Shown here in pieces: positions 1-10,207 of a DNA stretch of 64,000 nucleotides. This DNA comes from a virus: positions 1 through 64,000 of the IMG/VR virus record IMGVR_UViG_3300020183_000015; one strand, written 5' to 3'. The position numbers were made by a program, and so were the translations under genes. The first letter of the stretch is position 1, and every line of letters begins with the position of its first letter. Below the pieces are notes generated by a model. It saw only the letters and a list, made by a program, of their open reading frames with translations. It was not told the DNA's origin and did no database searches.

Positions 1-6
1 TCATAA

Positions 7-372
7 TTAATTATTTAATCCGTTTGGTCCGCCCAATGCCACCGCGTTTAGTTGAGTTACAGCAGTTCCGTATTCATTTGTCCAAACAGGATGAGGAAAA
101 AATAACTCTACAACATTACCATCACAATCTTTCACACACAAAGTATATTCAGGATTCACAGCCTGAGGAGTACATGCCTCGCAAGTATCATATGGTAATA
201 GTACTGTATAACTTGGGACACCAGGTTCTGTATTAGTCACAGTGGCACAAAAAGTGTTACCGTTTTCGTCTTGAATTGAATAAACGTCTCCAGTACTTGG
301 GGTAATACCTCCAAAATCTACAGTAACCTCAATCAAAGGGTAACCACATATCACCATATTAAAATTTGCCAT
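7..372 (-). CDS. Small Cys-module protein, probably virion-associated
   Basis: 121-aa ORF with a late motif at 386-393; its C...C...YDTCEAC pattern matches the Cys repeats at the C-terminus of 23617..31788. Confidence 0.7.
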   Translation of the reverse strand: MANFNMVICGYPLIEVTVDFGGITPSTGDVYSIQDENGNTFCATVTNTEPGVPSYTVLLPYDTCEACTPQAVNPEYTLCVKDCDGNVVELFFPHPVWTNEYGTAVTQLNAVALGGPNGLNN

Positions 373-385
373 TTTAGTTTTTTAT

Positions 386-393
386 TATAAATA
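386..393 (-). promoter_or_regulatory. Putative late promoter TATTTATA
   Basis: + strand tataaata, 13 nt upstream of the ATG at 372; recurrent motif in the window. Confidence 0.6.
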
Positions 394-396
394 CTT

Positions 397-1860
397 TTAT
401 TTTTTGTTTACGATCTGAAATTGGATTTGTTTTTTATATGTATTTGTTTGACCCATCATTTTTACCTGTATGTCAACAAAATATTCATTAGGAATTTTGT
501 CTCTTGTGTCAAACATAAAATAGTATTCATTTGGTGTTCTATTTATGTTTGTCCAATCTTGAACTATAACTTCGGTCTGACCTTCTCGAACGTAAACTCT
601 ATATTTGGCATCAACATTGGGTAACATCTTATTTGTTGTATATGCCTCTTTTATGATAACACCAACTTTTCTAATATCACTACTCAATATTTTTTCATTT
701 TGTAAAATACCGTAATACTCAAACCCAAACTTTGACGGGTCAAAAGTTGCTGTTCCTATCTGAATAGATTTTTTTATGCCGTACAAAGTGAAATCGTTAA
801 TTACATCAGGTAATGAAAATCCGTTTAATTGAATTTGTGACCAAGTATCTGTAAATTGACAAGGTACTTTATACCCCATAAAGGCCGGTAACGTAATTTC
901 ATAAACACCTCTTGTTCTTCTACAAGAAGGTAGATTAACTAAACCTGTTATTGGATTTCCTGCCGGATCTTTAATTGTAACAAGAGGGTTTTGATCTAAA
1001 TTTACAAAATCACCATCTTCATATACATAAAGATATAGTTTGTTTGCTTTACCCATAGAAAAGTAATTTCTATCATCTTCAATCAAATCATTGTAAGTGG
1101 TTTCTAAAAATGGTTCGTAAAAAGTTTGAGTATGTCTTGTAAAAAATCCTACAGAATACATCGCATCCGTACCTGTTAAATTTTCTACTTGAGGTAAGTA
1201 TGCAATTCCCCAAGTTGTTTCTTCGGGTGTTACTCCATTTAAAATATCGTTTATTTCACTTGACATATCAAATTCAATGTTTTCATCACCAAATTCAAAA
1301 TGTTGTATGTCGATGATTGTAATGGCAGAAAAAGGGTATGCCCCAATGTTCATATTATTATATGTACCGGGTTCACCCCACTTATTAATTGTTGTGGTTT
1401 GATACCAATTTGATGGTCTTATTGAGTAGTTTCGATCACTTTCAATTGGATCTTTAACATCGTAAAAATCATATCCAACACCTTCGTCCCAAAGTTGTGG
1501 TGTAGTTGGGTCGTCATTCAAATATGGTACACGAAACAAAATCAAATCAAAAGAAGTTGATCTTTGTCTACCATCAGGATTAGACGTATTAAGTAAGTCC
1601 TTATCAAAATAAGAAGTGTTGGTCATCTTTAATACATGAGTCATGTATGCGTCTGCACAACTCATTGATATTGTACCGTCTAATAATTTTTCTTTGACCA
1701 AATCCAAATTAAGACCAAAGATAAATCTCGAATAACCAACAGGCTCAGAAATACCCCCATCACCGTATAAAAGTTGCATGACAGGATTTCTACCAGTGTT
1801 TACATAACTGTTTGAGAGAATAGTATTATTTTTACTATAATAGGAATTGTTTATTGACAT
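397..1860 (-). CDS. Hypothetical virion/baseplate protein
   Basis: 487-aa ORF with a late motif upstream, next to the spike gene; beta-rich C-terminus; no specific family motif. Confidence 0.6.
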   Translation of the reverse strand: MSINNSYYSKNNTILSNSYVNTGRNPVMQLLYGDGGISEPVGYSRFIFGLNLDLVKEKLLDGTISMSCADAYMTHVLKMTNTSYFDKDLLNTSNPDGRQRSTSFDLILFRVPYLNDDPTTPQLWDEGVGYDFYDVKDPIESDRNYSIRPSNWYQTTTINKWGEPGTYNNMNIGAYPFSAITIIDIQHFEFGDENIEFDMSSEINDILNGVTPEETTWGIAYLPQVENLTGTDAMYSVGFFTRHTQTFYEPFLETTYNDLIEDDRNYFSMGKANKLYLYVYEDGDFVNLDQNPLVTIKDPAGNPITGLVNLPSCRRTRGVYEITLPAFMGYKVPCQFTDTWSQIQLNGFSLPDVINDFTLYGIKKSIQIGTATFDPSKFGFEYYGILQNEKILSSDIRKVGVIIKEAYTTNKMLPNVDAKYRVYVREGQTEVIVQDWTNINRTPNEYYFMFDTRDKIPNEYFVDIQVKMMGQTNTYKKQIQFQIVNKK

Positions 1861-1872
1861 TTACTTTTTATT

Positions 1873-1880
1873 TATAAATA
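1873..1880 (-). promoter_or_regulatory. Putative late promoter TATTTATA
   Basis: tataaata on + strand, 12 nt upstream of the ATG at 1860. Confidence 0.6.
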
Positions 1881-3440
1881 TCAATTAAGTCGAATATTTT
1901 GATTTAAAATAGTTGCGTCTGCGTCTTGTAAGATTTTTCTAATTTCTACTAACTCAGTGCCGTCAGTTCCAATACCAATAGGAGCTTCATTTGGGTTATG
2001 AACATGTGAACCTAAAAAGTCCACAATTTTATTTAAAAGTTTCATTAATTCTTCACCCCTAACCATAGGATCCGTTCGATCTAAGATTTCTTCTGTATAT
2101 TGAAGTTGTGTTATTCCATATAAAGACTCCTGTAAATTTACTTTGTCTCCTTTAGATGGAATTTGACTTTTATGAGAAATTAAATAAACGTTATCAGCAA
2201 CTAAAGATCCAAACGATACAGGTTTTGCTTTATACTCCGTTCTTTCTACGGTGTTTTCTCTAACTGTTGTTTGTTGACCAATTACACCTCTTGACCACAC
2301 CAAAAAGTTTCCATATTCTGATTCTGATTGGTTCAATTTTATTTTTTGATTAAACAAAGAAACCAAATTAAAATCTGTAGCCCCTGTTGAGTTCAATTTA
2401 GTTAATGTTGAATAGTTAGGTTTTACATAAAAAGGAAATTGATTTAAAATTATATCATCGTTTGTTGGTGGGTATTGTGGATATCCGTTAATATTAATTT
2501 TACTGTCATTTACGTTTTGAATAAACGTATTGATAATGTTCAACGAATCATTGAAATTCAACCCCGAAAAACAAATCGAGTAGTCTACAGTTGATAAGTA
2601 TTGGTTAATTGGTGTGTCAAGATCAATTGTTGTTGAAAGTGCGACAGAGTTTGGAATCATAGAATAAAGGTAAATACAACCCTTATAAAATGTGTCTCCT
2701 GTTACCGTGTTGAATGATGTAATTCCTGAAATATATTGTGACCCGTCGATTGACCACTCAATTACCTTTTTTATTTGAAGTGGTTCTTGAATAGATTCCT
2801 CTAATGTTAGAGGTTCTAACAAAACCCTTTCTTGGTCAAATGTTGAAATTTGTAAAAATCCCCAATTTGGATTTTTTTTTGGTATGTTAAAATTAGCAGT
2901 TTGGGTTGTAATATTTTTTCCTGATCTAATTAAAACGGTATCTTTTTTCAAAACCATGTCAGTGGTACCTCTACTAAGAATTGCGTTGTCGCCTGGTTCA
3001 GGGTAAATTCCATAAACACTTGGAAGTGTAGATCCTGTAATATCCCTCAATTTGTTCGAAAGTTTCATGTACTCACCACTGGCCAATATAGACTCAGAAT
3101 TATTATTAATCTCATAAGCATTGTTTTGTGGTCTAGTAATTGGTCCTTGAATATAGAATTTACTATTATTTGTTCTTTCTTTTACATTGTAATACAATAA
3201 GTGTACATACTCATCTATTTCGGGAACTTGACTAACGTAGTAAGGTATCAAAGGTAAAAAAATAAACGGGTCTTCTGAAGTCCATTTCCATATAGATTCA
3301 GGAATTGGTTTTCCTTTTACATCCTTAGGAACCAAATCATCTTTAGTTTCATGTCGAGGAAATACCCTGAGTCTTCCTAAAAAAAGAGGATCTTTGTTAT
3401 CTAAGACATAACCAAAAAATATTAACTTATTATCAAACAT
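1881..3440 (-). CDS. Baseplate hub/central spike protein (gp5/VgrG-like)
   Basis: N-terminal GYVLDNKDPLFLGRLRV OB-fold signature of gp5-like spikes; C-terminal HVH metal-binding tip motif. Confidence 0.7.
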   Translation of the reverse strand: MFDNKLIFFGYVLDNKDPLFLGRLRVFPRHETKDDLVPKDVKGKPIPESIWKWTSEDPFIFLPLIPYYVSQVPEIDEYVHLLYYNVKERTNNSKFYIQGPITRPQNNAYEINNNSESILASGEYMKLSNKLRDITGSTLPSVYGIYPEPGDNAILSRGTTDMVLKKDTVLIRSGKNITTQTANFNIPKKNPNWGFLQISTFDQERVLLEPLTLEESIQEPLQIKKVIEWSIDGSQYISGITSFNTVTGDTFYKGCIYLYSMIPNSVALSTTIDLDTPINQYLSTVDYSICFSGLNFNDSLNIINTFIQNVNDSKININGYPQYPPTNDDIILNQFPFYVKPNYSTLTKLNSTGATDFNLVSLFNQKIKLNQSESEYGNFLVWSRGVIGQQTTVRENTVERTEYKAKPVSFGSLVADNVYLISHKSQIPSKGDKVNLQESLYGITQLQYTEEILDRTDPMVRGEELMKLLNKIVDFLGSHVHNPNEAPIGIGTDGTELVEIRKILQDADATILNQNIRLN

Positions 3441-3663
3441 TTCTAGACATGTATTCTTTATGTAATAAATTATAAGTGCTTTCCAATTTATCTAAATGTT
3501 CACTCATTTTGAGTAACATATTTTTTGTATACTCAAAGTCTTTTTGAATAAATTGTAATGCCAAATTCAAATCTTTGTTCGATGAATTTTCATAGTCATG
3601 AACAATTTCTATAATTTTTTTAGGATCAATTTTTTCCCTTTCGAATTTAAAATGATTTTCCAT
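3433..3663 (-). CDS. Hypothetical coiled-coil protein
   Basis: 76-aa ORF overlapping both neighbours in an operon. Confidence 0.65.
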   Translation of the reverse strand: MENHFKFEREKIDPKKIIEIVHDYENSSNKDLNLALQFIQKDFEYTKNMLLKMSEHLDKLESTYNLLHKEYMSRNV

Positions 3664-5569
3664 ACGCTTTTTGTGGTGTTGTAGTGAATAATGGTGTTAC
3701 CGTGAGTGGACCAATCGCAACAACTGACTTACCATTTTCATCATTTTCTTTCGCAATCCCGTCTATTATTGCCGATATTGATGCAAGAAATTTATTGGGA
3801 CTTCCATCAGGCATAGGAGATGTCGGTATCCCTAATTCTTCTAATCTTTGTATTGTATTAATATAAGACCTTGTTGGGGAAGCCCCTTCTAATAGTTTTG
3901 CGGCAAACAAAAGTGGAAGTGGTATATCAGCATTTGGGTTAGCCTTAAGAGCACTAATTTTTCTTTCAATAACTAAACTTAAAATTTTTGTTAGATCATC
4001 TACAATACTTTTACAATCTCTGAAATCTTTCAATATTTTTATAGACGCCCCTAAACCAAGTAAAGTCAGTGGAAGTATCATTCTTTTGGTTTTCGTTTTT
4101 TGTTCTTTTGATATATCACTTAAAACTTCCTTTAACAATTTTTTGATATCTTTTTTTACTATTTCGAAAATTATTCTTGTGTATACCGCACCTAATTGAG
4201 ACATAAATTCAATTAAGAAAGTTTTACAGTTTTTTTGAAAATCTTCTAAGGTTGTTGTATTATCTACAAAAGATTGTGAGAGTGACTTTGCGGTTGCCAT
4301 AAAAGGTAGGATTATCTTTGGGGAAAGAATTGCCGTTGCCAAAGCTTTTGGGAATTCATTAATCCACGCGTCATCATATGCCAATTTAAACTTTTGATTA
4401 GTCACGTTGTTAATTACATTAGATGTTTGATTAATTACGTTATTTTCATTTACACCCTCATTAAAAACCAATTCACTTAACGCATCAATTACTGCGGCCG
4501 TATTCATTGTAAGTTTTATATTGTCACATTCCTCGAATTGTAAAACCCCCAATTTTATATCAGATACTTTTTCTTCAATCAATCTCAAATCCAAATTACT
4601 TAATTCAAAAAAGTCGTCAGATAGGTCGTCTCTTTCTGAAATTTTGGCAACACCACTAACATCAATTTCAGGAGTTTGATCGTAACATAACCCTAATATC
4701 CTTTGTAAAATTTTTAGAAATTTTTGAAACCCTGTAATTTCACCATCACCACTTTGTTTTGAAACAGAAAAGGCACCAGTAATAATGTTTATAAGTTGAG
4801 TGAAAACATTTAATGGATCAAACAGGTCTAAGGTATCAAAATAATCACTTAAGAATTCATCCACTGTAAGTGGGGTTGATCTGGAAGAGAATGTAAACTT
4901 AAAAAAATTTCCTTGTACCACACCCAATGGAGTATTGTATTGTTGTACATACTCAATGTCAAAAATATTCTGTGTCGATTTACCCACATACGGTGTACCA
5001 GCAACCACAGAAAGTGGTTGGTTTAAGTTTTGTATTCTGTTATACAACAACCTATTCATTGCAAACGGATATGAAAAGTAATTTATGTCAGGTTTTTCAT
5101 AAATTAATTTTCCTAACTGTGTATCCGCACTTAACGTAAGGTAATTGAAAAAATCTATCGATTGTACTTTAATGAAAATAGGTGTGTTTGCCGGAAGAAT
5201 GAAATCTGAAGAACAACCTAAAGTTTTTTTAATCGCGTCAATGAGAATTGATTTTAATTTTGGTTGTAATTCTTTTAATGATTTAATAAAAACTTTTTTT
5301 AAATAAGAATTTGTATCAGCACCACTACCATTGATTAATTTTGATAATTTAACCAACTCAGTAAAGGCGGTTTTGACATCGTCTTGGAAATCTTGTTTTT
5401 TTTCTGACCACTCAGATAATTGAGTTTTTAGTTTGTTTTCATATTTATCAAACGAGTCAGAAACCTTTTTTTCTAATTTTTTTTGATCTTCCCTTAACTG
5501 TTTGTATATGGGAAATATTTGTGCCTCTTTATCAACTTTCTGAAAACTACTTTGAACGTCTATTGGCAT
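3647..5569 (-). CDS. Hypothetical protein, probably structural, helix-rich
   Basis: 640-aa ORF in the late operon upstream of the spike gene. Confidence 0.6.
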   Translation of the reverse strand: MPIDVQSSFQKVDKEAQIFPIYKQLREDQKKLEKKVSDSFDKYENKLKTQLSEWSEKKQDFQDDVKTAFTELVKLSKLINGSGADTNSYLKKVFIKSLKELQPKLKSILIDAIKKTLGCSSDFILPANTPIFIKVQSIDFFNYLTLSADTQLGKLIYEKPDINYFSYPFAMNRLLYNRIQNLNQPLSVVAGTPYVGKSTQNIFDIEYVQQYNTPLGVVQGNFFKFTFSSRSTPLTVDEFLSDYFDTLDLFDPLNVFTQLINIITGAFSVSKQSGDGEITGFQKFLKILQRILGLCYDQTPEIDVSGVAKISERDDLSDDFFELSNLDLRLIEEKVSDIKLGVLQFEECDNIKLTMNTAAVIDALSELVFNEGVNENNVINQTSNVINNVTNQKFKLAYDDAWINEFPKALATAILSPKIILPFMATAKSLSQSFVDNTTTLEDFQKNCKTFLIEFMSQLGAVYTRIIFEIVKKDIKKLLKEVLSDISKEQKTKTKRMILPLTLLGLGASIKILKDFRDCKSIVDDLTKILSLVIERKISALKANPNADIPLPLLFAAKLLEGASPTRSYINTIQRLEELGIPTSPMPDGSPNKFLASISAIIDGIAKENDENGKSVVAIGPLTVTPLFTTTPQKAYGKSF

Positions 5570-5575
5570 TTTTTA

Positions 5576-5947
5576 TTATTTATGCATTTTATATTTGTAG
5601 TCAGAATTCGCGTCTTTTTTTAATAAATTCTGAATTGTATCATCGTCAATTTCTAAATCTGATAACGTAAAATCCTCTTCTTTTTCTGTGTTTTTTTGCC
5701 ACATTTGAGCCTGTAGCTTAGAAAGAGTAAGTTTTTTTTCAACACAGTCGTTTATAATTTTTTGTTGTTTCTCAATAACAGGACCTATAATAATCATATC
5801 TTCAGGTTCTTTCATCATTGTTAACATTTTATTTTGAATTCTAATCGCCGTGTTTTTTTGTTCAACAAGTTCATTATAGATTTCTTGCATCAAAGACAAC
5901 ATTGATTCTTTTGATAAATTGATTTGTTTTTTTGATGGTCTTGGCAT
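5576..5947 (-). CDS. Hypothetical coiled-coil protein
   Basis: 123-aa ORF with a late motif directly upstream. Confidence 0.65.
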   Translation of the reverse strand: MPRPSKKQINLSKESMLSLMQEIYNELVEQKNTAIRIQNKMLTMMKEPEDMIIIGPVIEKQQKIINDCVEKKLTLSKLQAQMWQKNTEKEEDFTLSDLEIDDDTIQNLLKKDANSDYKYKMHK

Positions 5948-5950
5948 ATC

Positions 5951-5958
5951 TATAAATA
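5951..5958 (-). promoter_or_regulatory. Putative late promoter TATTTATA
   Basis: tataaata on + strand, only 3 nt from the ATG at 5947 (near-leaderless). Confidence 0.5.
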
Positions 5959-6702
5959 TTATTTTTTTAAAATTTCTTGAACTAACTCAAAGTATATCTT
6001 TTTATATTTTTTCAAAGACGTTCTAATTTCCTTAGTTGATAGGTTTGTCATTTCCCTAAGCTCAAATAAAATAATGTTTTTATTGAACTTATTGTTGTTT
6101 GAATCAGGAAATATTGTACCGTAATTTTCAAACAAATCGTGTATTGCCGAGCCTAATTTGTACTCTTGTTCATTTACATTATCATCCTCCAAAGTTTCTT
6201 TCAATTTATCTAAAAACTTTTTAATTATAACTTCAGAACCAACCTCATCTGAATCTATGTAATAGGACATGTTCATGTTATTACTGAGATCCCCAGAAAT
6301 ATCTTCGTAAGAAATTTTACGATTTATTTCTTTCTGATCTTTCATAATTTGACCCATAAGGTAATTTTTACAAATAGTACCAAAGTAAGAATAAGCCTTC
6401 TTTTCTTTAGAAGGCTTAAACTTTTCTATTTTTGTCATCAAAAAAGAATGTGTGTCATTATGAATTTCTTCATAATTCATATCCTTCCTATACAATTTAT
6501 ATCTTCGGATTATGGAAGATATCATTTTGTCCAAAGGGTGTCTCAAAAACTCATTGTAAATTTTATTTCTTTCATAATCCGAATCGGTAACTAAAAAAAG
6601 TTTGACCGCATTTTCCTCACGTTCATCGAAATAGTTGTTTGTTTTTGGTTTTCTTCCTTTCTTTTTCTTTTCTATTTGATCTGAGTAATCATTTTCAAAC
6701 AT
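5959..6702 (-). CDS. Sigma factor for late transcription (T4 gp55-like)
   Basis: KFKPSKEKKAYSYFGTICKNYL resembles the sigma region 2 motif of gp55 (FDPxKxxxxFxYFTxIxxNxF); 247 aa. Confidence 0.7.
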   Translation of the reverse strand: MFENDYSDQIEKKKKGRKPKTNNYFDEREENAVKLFLVTDSDYERNKIYNEFLRHPLDKMISSIIRRYKLYRKDMNYEEIHNDTHSFLMTKIEKFKPSKEKKAYSYFGTICKNYLMGQIMKDQKEINRKISYEDISGDLSNNMNMSYYIDSDEVGSEVIIKKFLDKLKETLEDDNVNEQEYKLGSAIHDLFENYGTIFPDSNNNKFNKNIILFELREMTNLSTKEIRTSLKKYKKIYFELVQEILKK

Positions 6703-7508
6703 TAAACAGTTTGCGGTTCATATTTTATATCTCTCTCAACATTATAAAAAGATTCTTTTTTTGCCGACTCAATCCAAAAACGGGCCTCATCTTCGGTAAT
6801 TTGATTTTGACCATTTTTGTAATTCCAAAAAATTGATCCTTCTCTAAGGTTCATATGTTTGTAACCAACTCTTGGTATGCTCATAATTTTTGAAGAGTTT
6901 TGTGTTAATCTCAAAAACAACTCATAGTTAAAAGTTAATTTTATATTTTGTTTTAAACCACCCAATCTTTCGAAAACTTCTTTTTTGAACACACAGCCAG
7001 AGAATTGGAAATTTTGAAAGTTTTGTAAAGTTTCATTTGTTAAAATACCAATTTCAGAAGAAATGTTTGCAGCGAAAGTCGCCTCGTTTGTAAATCCAGC
7101 AAAAACCGCTTTATCATCTACGTCTACCACAATTGGTAAAAACACATCAACTTCAGGATAATATCCCATGTATTTTTTAGAGTTTTTAAACCAAATATTA
7201 GAGTATTCATCATCGAACTCTAACACACTTACCCAATTTGAAGTTGCTACACTTACACCATAGTTGACTTGTGATTGAAAACTTGGTGTTTGATCGTAGG
7301 AAACTAAGTTTACATTGAGATCACCAAAATCATAAGACTTTAGATGACTTTCTAAATTTGTGTCGTTACAATAAACAATTACTAGTTCATCTACAAATTC
7401 ATTTTGATACTGTACTGATTTAATACTTTTGTCAAAGAAATCCTCGAAACCAATTGCGGAAGAGGTTTTGAGTGGTAATACCACTGATATTTTATTCACA
7501 TTTTCCAT
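6702..7508 (-). CDS. Glycosyltransferase family 2 (GT-A fold)
   Basis: ISVVLP N-terminus, VNYGV, LEFDD (DxD-like), YELFLRL. Confidence 0.8.
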   Translation of the reverse strand: MENVNKISVVLPLKTSSAIGFEDFFDKSIKSVQYQNEFVDELVIVYCNDTNLESHLKSYDFGDLNVNLVSYDQTPSFQSQVNYGVSVATSNWVSVLEFDDEYSNIWFKNSKKYMGYYPEVDVFLPIVVDVDDKAVFAGFTNEATFAANISSEIGILTNETLQNFQNFQFSGCVFKKEVFERLGGLKQNIKLTFNYELFLRLTQNSSKIMSIPRVGYKHMNLREGSIFWNYKNGQNQITEDEARFWIESAKKESFYNVERDIKYEPQTV

Positions 7509-7509
7509 A

Positions 7510-8571
7510 TTATTCTTCTATTGTTTGAAATTTATCTAATTGTATAACAAAGTTTCCTTTTCTAACTTCGAACATTCTCGAAAATAAGTCCAAGACTTCT
7601 TTCTCAAAAAATTCTTTAGTTGGTAAGGTTTTAACTGTATCCTCCATTGATTCGAACAATGTAGGATTTAAATTGTCCTCTAACCAATTTTGTATAAAAT
7701 CAGAAAGTACGTCAGTGACCATCAATTTGTTGTTGATCCAAATTCCATTATTTTCATTCATCCATGAAGGAACCAAATCGGGAACCAAACCAATTACAGG
7801 AACACCCAATTTCATTGACTCCAATGGGAATGTACCATAAGAACTTTGTTGATCTATCCATATAGAAACAAAACTTTCTTTCATTGCTTTAGCAAATTGA
7901 GCTTCTGATAGACCTCTCAAATCTCTGAAAGTAATCCATCTATATTGAGGAAATTTCGCATAAAAATGTTTTATAAGGTTTACAGTATCTCTATGTTCTC
8001 TTGTGTGAATGTTTACTATGGTTTTACTAGGAAACTGACTTTTAGTAAAATTATCAGAAATGTAAGGTGTAATTATGTCAAAAGATACGTTTCTCATACC
8101 CCCCTCTAAATACTCTTTTTGTTTTTCACTTGTGGTAATACACTTCAAAAACCCAAGGTTACTCCATGTTTGACCTGGTTGTAAAGTTTCGAAAATGTGG
8201 TCATAACACTGACTCAATACAATTTTACCACAAGGTAATTTTGTTATTTGATCCATCACAAAACCATAAAGTTCAGGAACAACAATTAAATCGTCTGGCG
8301 ATATTTCTAAATTTGTACCCTCAATCGGTTGGTGTTCAATTTCCATGTACTCTTCACCCAACCATGTAGAGACTCCAAAATAATCAGGTTTCTCGTGTAA
8401 AATTATGGAATTATATCCGTTGTCTTTAAGTGTTTTAGCCATCTGATAGATATACCTCACTGACGCTTTAGCGTTACCTTTGGTATCCTGAACTAAAAAA
8501 TAAATTCGTGATTTTTTTTGTTCCATGTTAAGAATAGCCGTTTCTAATTTGGAAATCTGTTCGTTAGTCAT
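7510..8571 (-). CDS. Glycosyltransferase, GT-B/GT4-like (WsaF-like)
   Basis: DLIVVPE and SYGTFPLESMKLGVPVIG, a GT4-type C-terminal motif. Confidence 0.75.
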   Translation of the reverse strand: MTNEQISKLETAILNMEQKKSRIYFLVQDTKGNAKASVRYIYQMAKTLKDNGYNSIILHEKPDYFGVSTWLGEEYMEIEHQPIEGTNLEISPDDLIVVPELYGFVMDQITKLPCGKIVLSQCYDHIFETLQPGQTWSNLGFLKCITTSEKQKEYLEGGMRNVSFDIITPYISDNFTKSQFPSKTIVNIHTREHRDTVNLIKHFYAKFPQYRWITFRDLRGLSEAQFAKAMKESFVSIWIDQQSSYGTFPLESMKLGVPVIGLVPDLVPSWMNENNGIWINNKLMVTDVLSDFIQNWLEDNLNPTLFESMEDTVKTLPTKEFFEKEVLDLFSRMFEVRKGNFVIQLDKFQTIEE

Positions 8572-8578
8572 TTTTTAT

Positions 8579-8833
8579 TTATATTTTGTTTATTATTTTT
8601 TTGAAAAGTAATGTATTAAATGCCAACTTAAAGGGTATTGTTAGTTCACTACTTTTCATTCCCATGTTTTCATCTATCTGATCTACTTCAGTTATAATTG
8701 TTTCGATCATCATTTTTACAATTTCATATTTCACTAAATGAATTTGTGTTTCTCCTGAGGTGGGTTGTATTTGTAATTCAGAGTCTAATTTGTCTAAATC
8801 TAAATAGTAATTTTCACCTAATATTTTAATCAT
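8579..8833 (-). CDS. Hypothetical protein
   Basis: 84-aa ORF tightly packed in the operon. Confidence 0.65.
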   Translation of the reverse strand: MIKILGENYYLDLDKLDSELQIQPTSGETQIHLVKYEIVKMMIETIITEVDQIDENMGMKSSELTIPFKLAFNTLLFKKIINKI

Positions 8834-8835
8834 AT

Positions 8836-9489
8836 TTATAATATTTTTTTAATTATTTGACCAAACTCAGATAAAGAGGTAATCTCGAAATCATTTTTTA
8901 TTTCTTTGTTATAATTTGTAATAAATTTTATTACAACTTTATCTTTAGGTTTTTCTAATAATAGGGTAGGATCTGCGGTAAGTAAAATATCAACTTCATA
9001 CCACATGGATTTTCTTGTATATTCACTGAAAAAAAAGATTTTTTCCAATAAACAACCAAACTTAGAAACAAAAAACAGTGTTGCCGGTTTTGATTTACCA
9101 ATTTCATTTGAAACCAACAATAATTGATTATTTTCCCTTAATTCAAAGTATATGTCATTTAATATATTAAAGGTGTTCATTTCCGTTGAAGGTGCATGTC
9201 CAAATAACTCCATTGAATATTCCTCGTACATAAAATTGAATAATTCTTCTTTGTTATTGAATGAGAAGTGTTTCATTAAATCTAAAGAGTTTACCTCAGA
9301 TAGGACCCTATATTCAAAATTTGTAACTTGAGATTCAATAGGTTCAGTATTTCCTGACGAATCAATCTCATAGGTTTGTCCCATATATTGATCTTCATCA
9401 GACTCTATTAAATATTTTTCATAAAGTTGCGTAAATTTACCAATAGTATCTCTAAGTACCCCATTAATATCAATCCCGATCCTCTTCAT
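8836..9489 (-). CDS. HAD-fold 5'(3')-deoxyribonucleotidase-like protein
   Basis: RIGIDINGVLRD (HAD motif I variant) and C-terminal TNYNK. Confidence 0.65.
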   Translation of the reverse strand: MKRIGIDINGVLRDTIGKFTQLYEKYLIESDEDQYMGQTYEIDSSGNTEPIESQVTNFEYRVLSEVNSLDLMKHFSFNNKEELFNFMYEEYSMELFGHAPSTEMNTFNILNDIYFELRENNQLLLVSNEIGKSKPATLFFVSKFGCLLEKIFFFSEYTRKSMWYEVDILLTADPTLLLEKPKDKVVIKFITNYNKEIKNDFEITSLSEFGQIIKKIL

Positions 9490-10204
9490 ACCTTTTTAGT
9501 ATTTTTGTTATTATAGGATTTCTAACCCCATCTTTATCACCAAACTCAAAGATACCAATACCCCCGATTCCATCGAATTTGGTTATCGCATCATACAACC
9601 CCGAATGTTTTTTGTCTTTGTATCTATCCGTTTGTTCAATATCTCCTGAAATAAAGAATTTACTATTACTTCCAATTCTTGTTAATAATAATTTCATTTG
9701 TTTTGGTGTGGCGTTTTGAGCTTCCTCAAAAATTAAAATAGAATTATCAATTGTCATTCCTCTAATATATGCCAAAGCAAAAACCTCTACCACCTCGGCC
9801 TCTTTTAATTTTTCTCTTGCTTCTTTACCGATAATTTTATTTAACAAATAGTAAGAAGGAAAGATATAAGGGTCTAATTTTTCTTCTAAATTTCCTGGAA
9901 GTGCCCCTAATTTTTCTTCAGCCTCAACAGCGGGTCTTACAATAATAATTTTATCATATCCATTGTCTTCATCAAGAAGTAAATCCACAGCGGTTTTCAT
10001 TGCTATGTAACTCTTACCAACACCGGCAGGTCCCGAACAAATTGTAATTTGGTTGTTAAGTAATGTTTCATAATAAACTTTTTGGTTTTCTGTGAGAAAT
10101 TTACTTTTTGGTCTTTTTTTAACTACTTGGGAGATAATATCTCTTTTGTGATTTGGGGAATCTACAGACTCCTCTGTTGTGTTAATTTTTCTTCTTTGTG
10201 ACAT
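9470..10204 (-). CDS. phoH: PhoH-family ATPase
   Basis: GPAGVGKS Walker A, RPAVEA, LGALPG, YIRGMT, EEAQN, GDIEQTD. Confidence 0.95.
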   Translation of the reverse strand: MSQRRKINTTEESVDSPNHKRDIISQVVKKRPKSKFLTENQKVYYETLLNNQITICSGPAGVGKSYIAMKTAVDLLLDEDNGYDKIIIVRPAVEAEEKLGALPGNLEEKLDPYIFPSYYLLNKIIGKEAREKLKEAEVVEVFALAYIRGMTIDNSILIFEEAQNATPKQMKLLLTRIGSNSKFFISGDIEQTDRYKDKKHSGLYDAITKFDGIGGIGIFEFGDKDGVRNPIITKILKRYEEDRD

Positions 10205-10207
10205 ATT

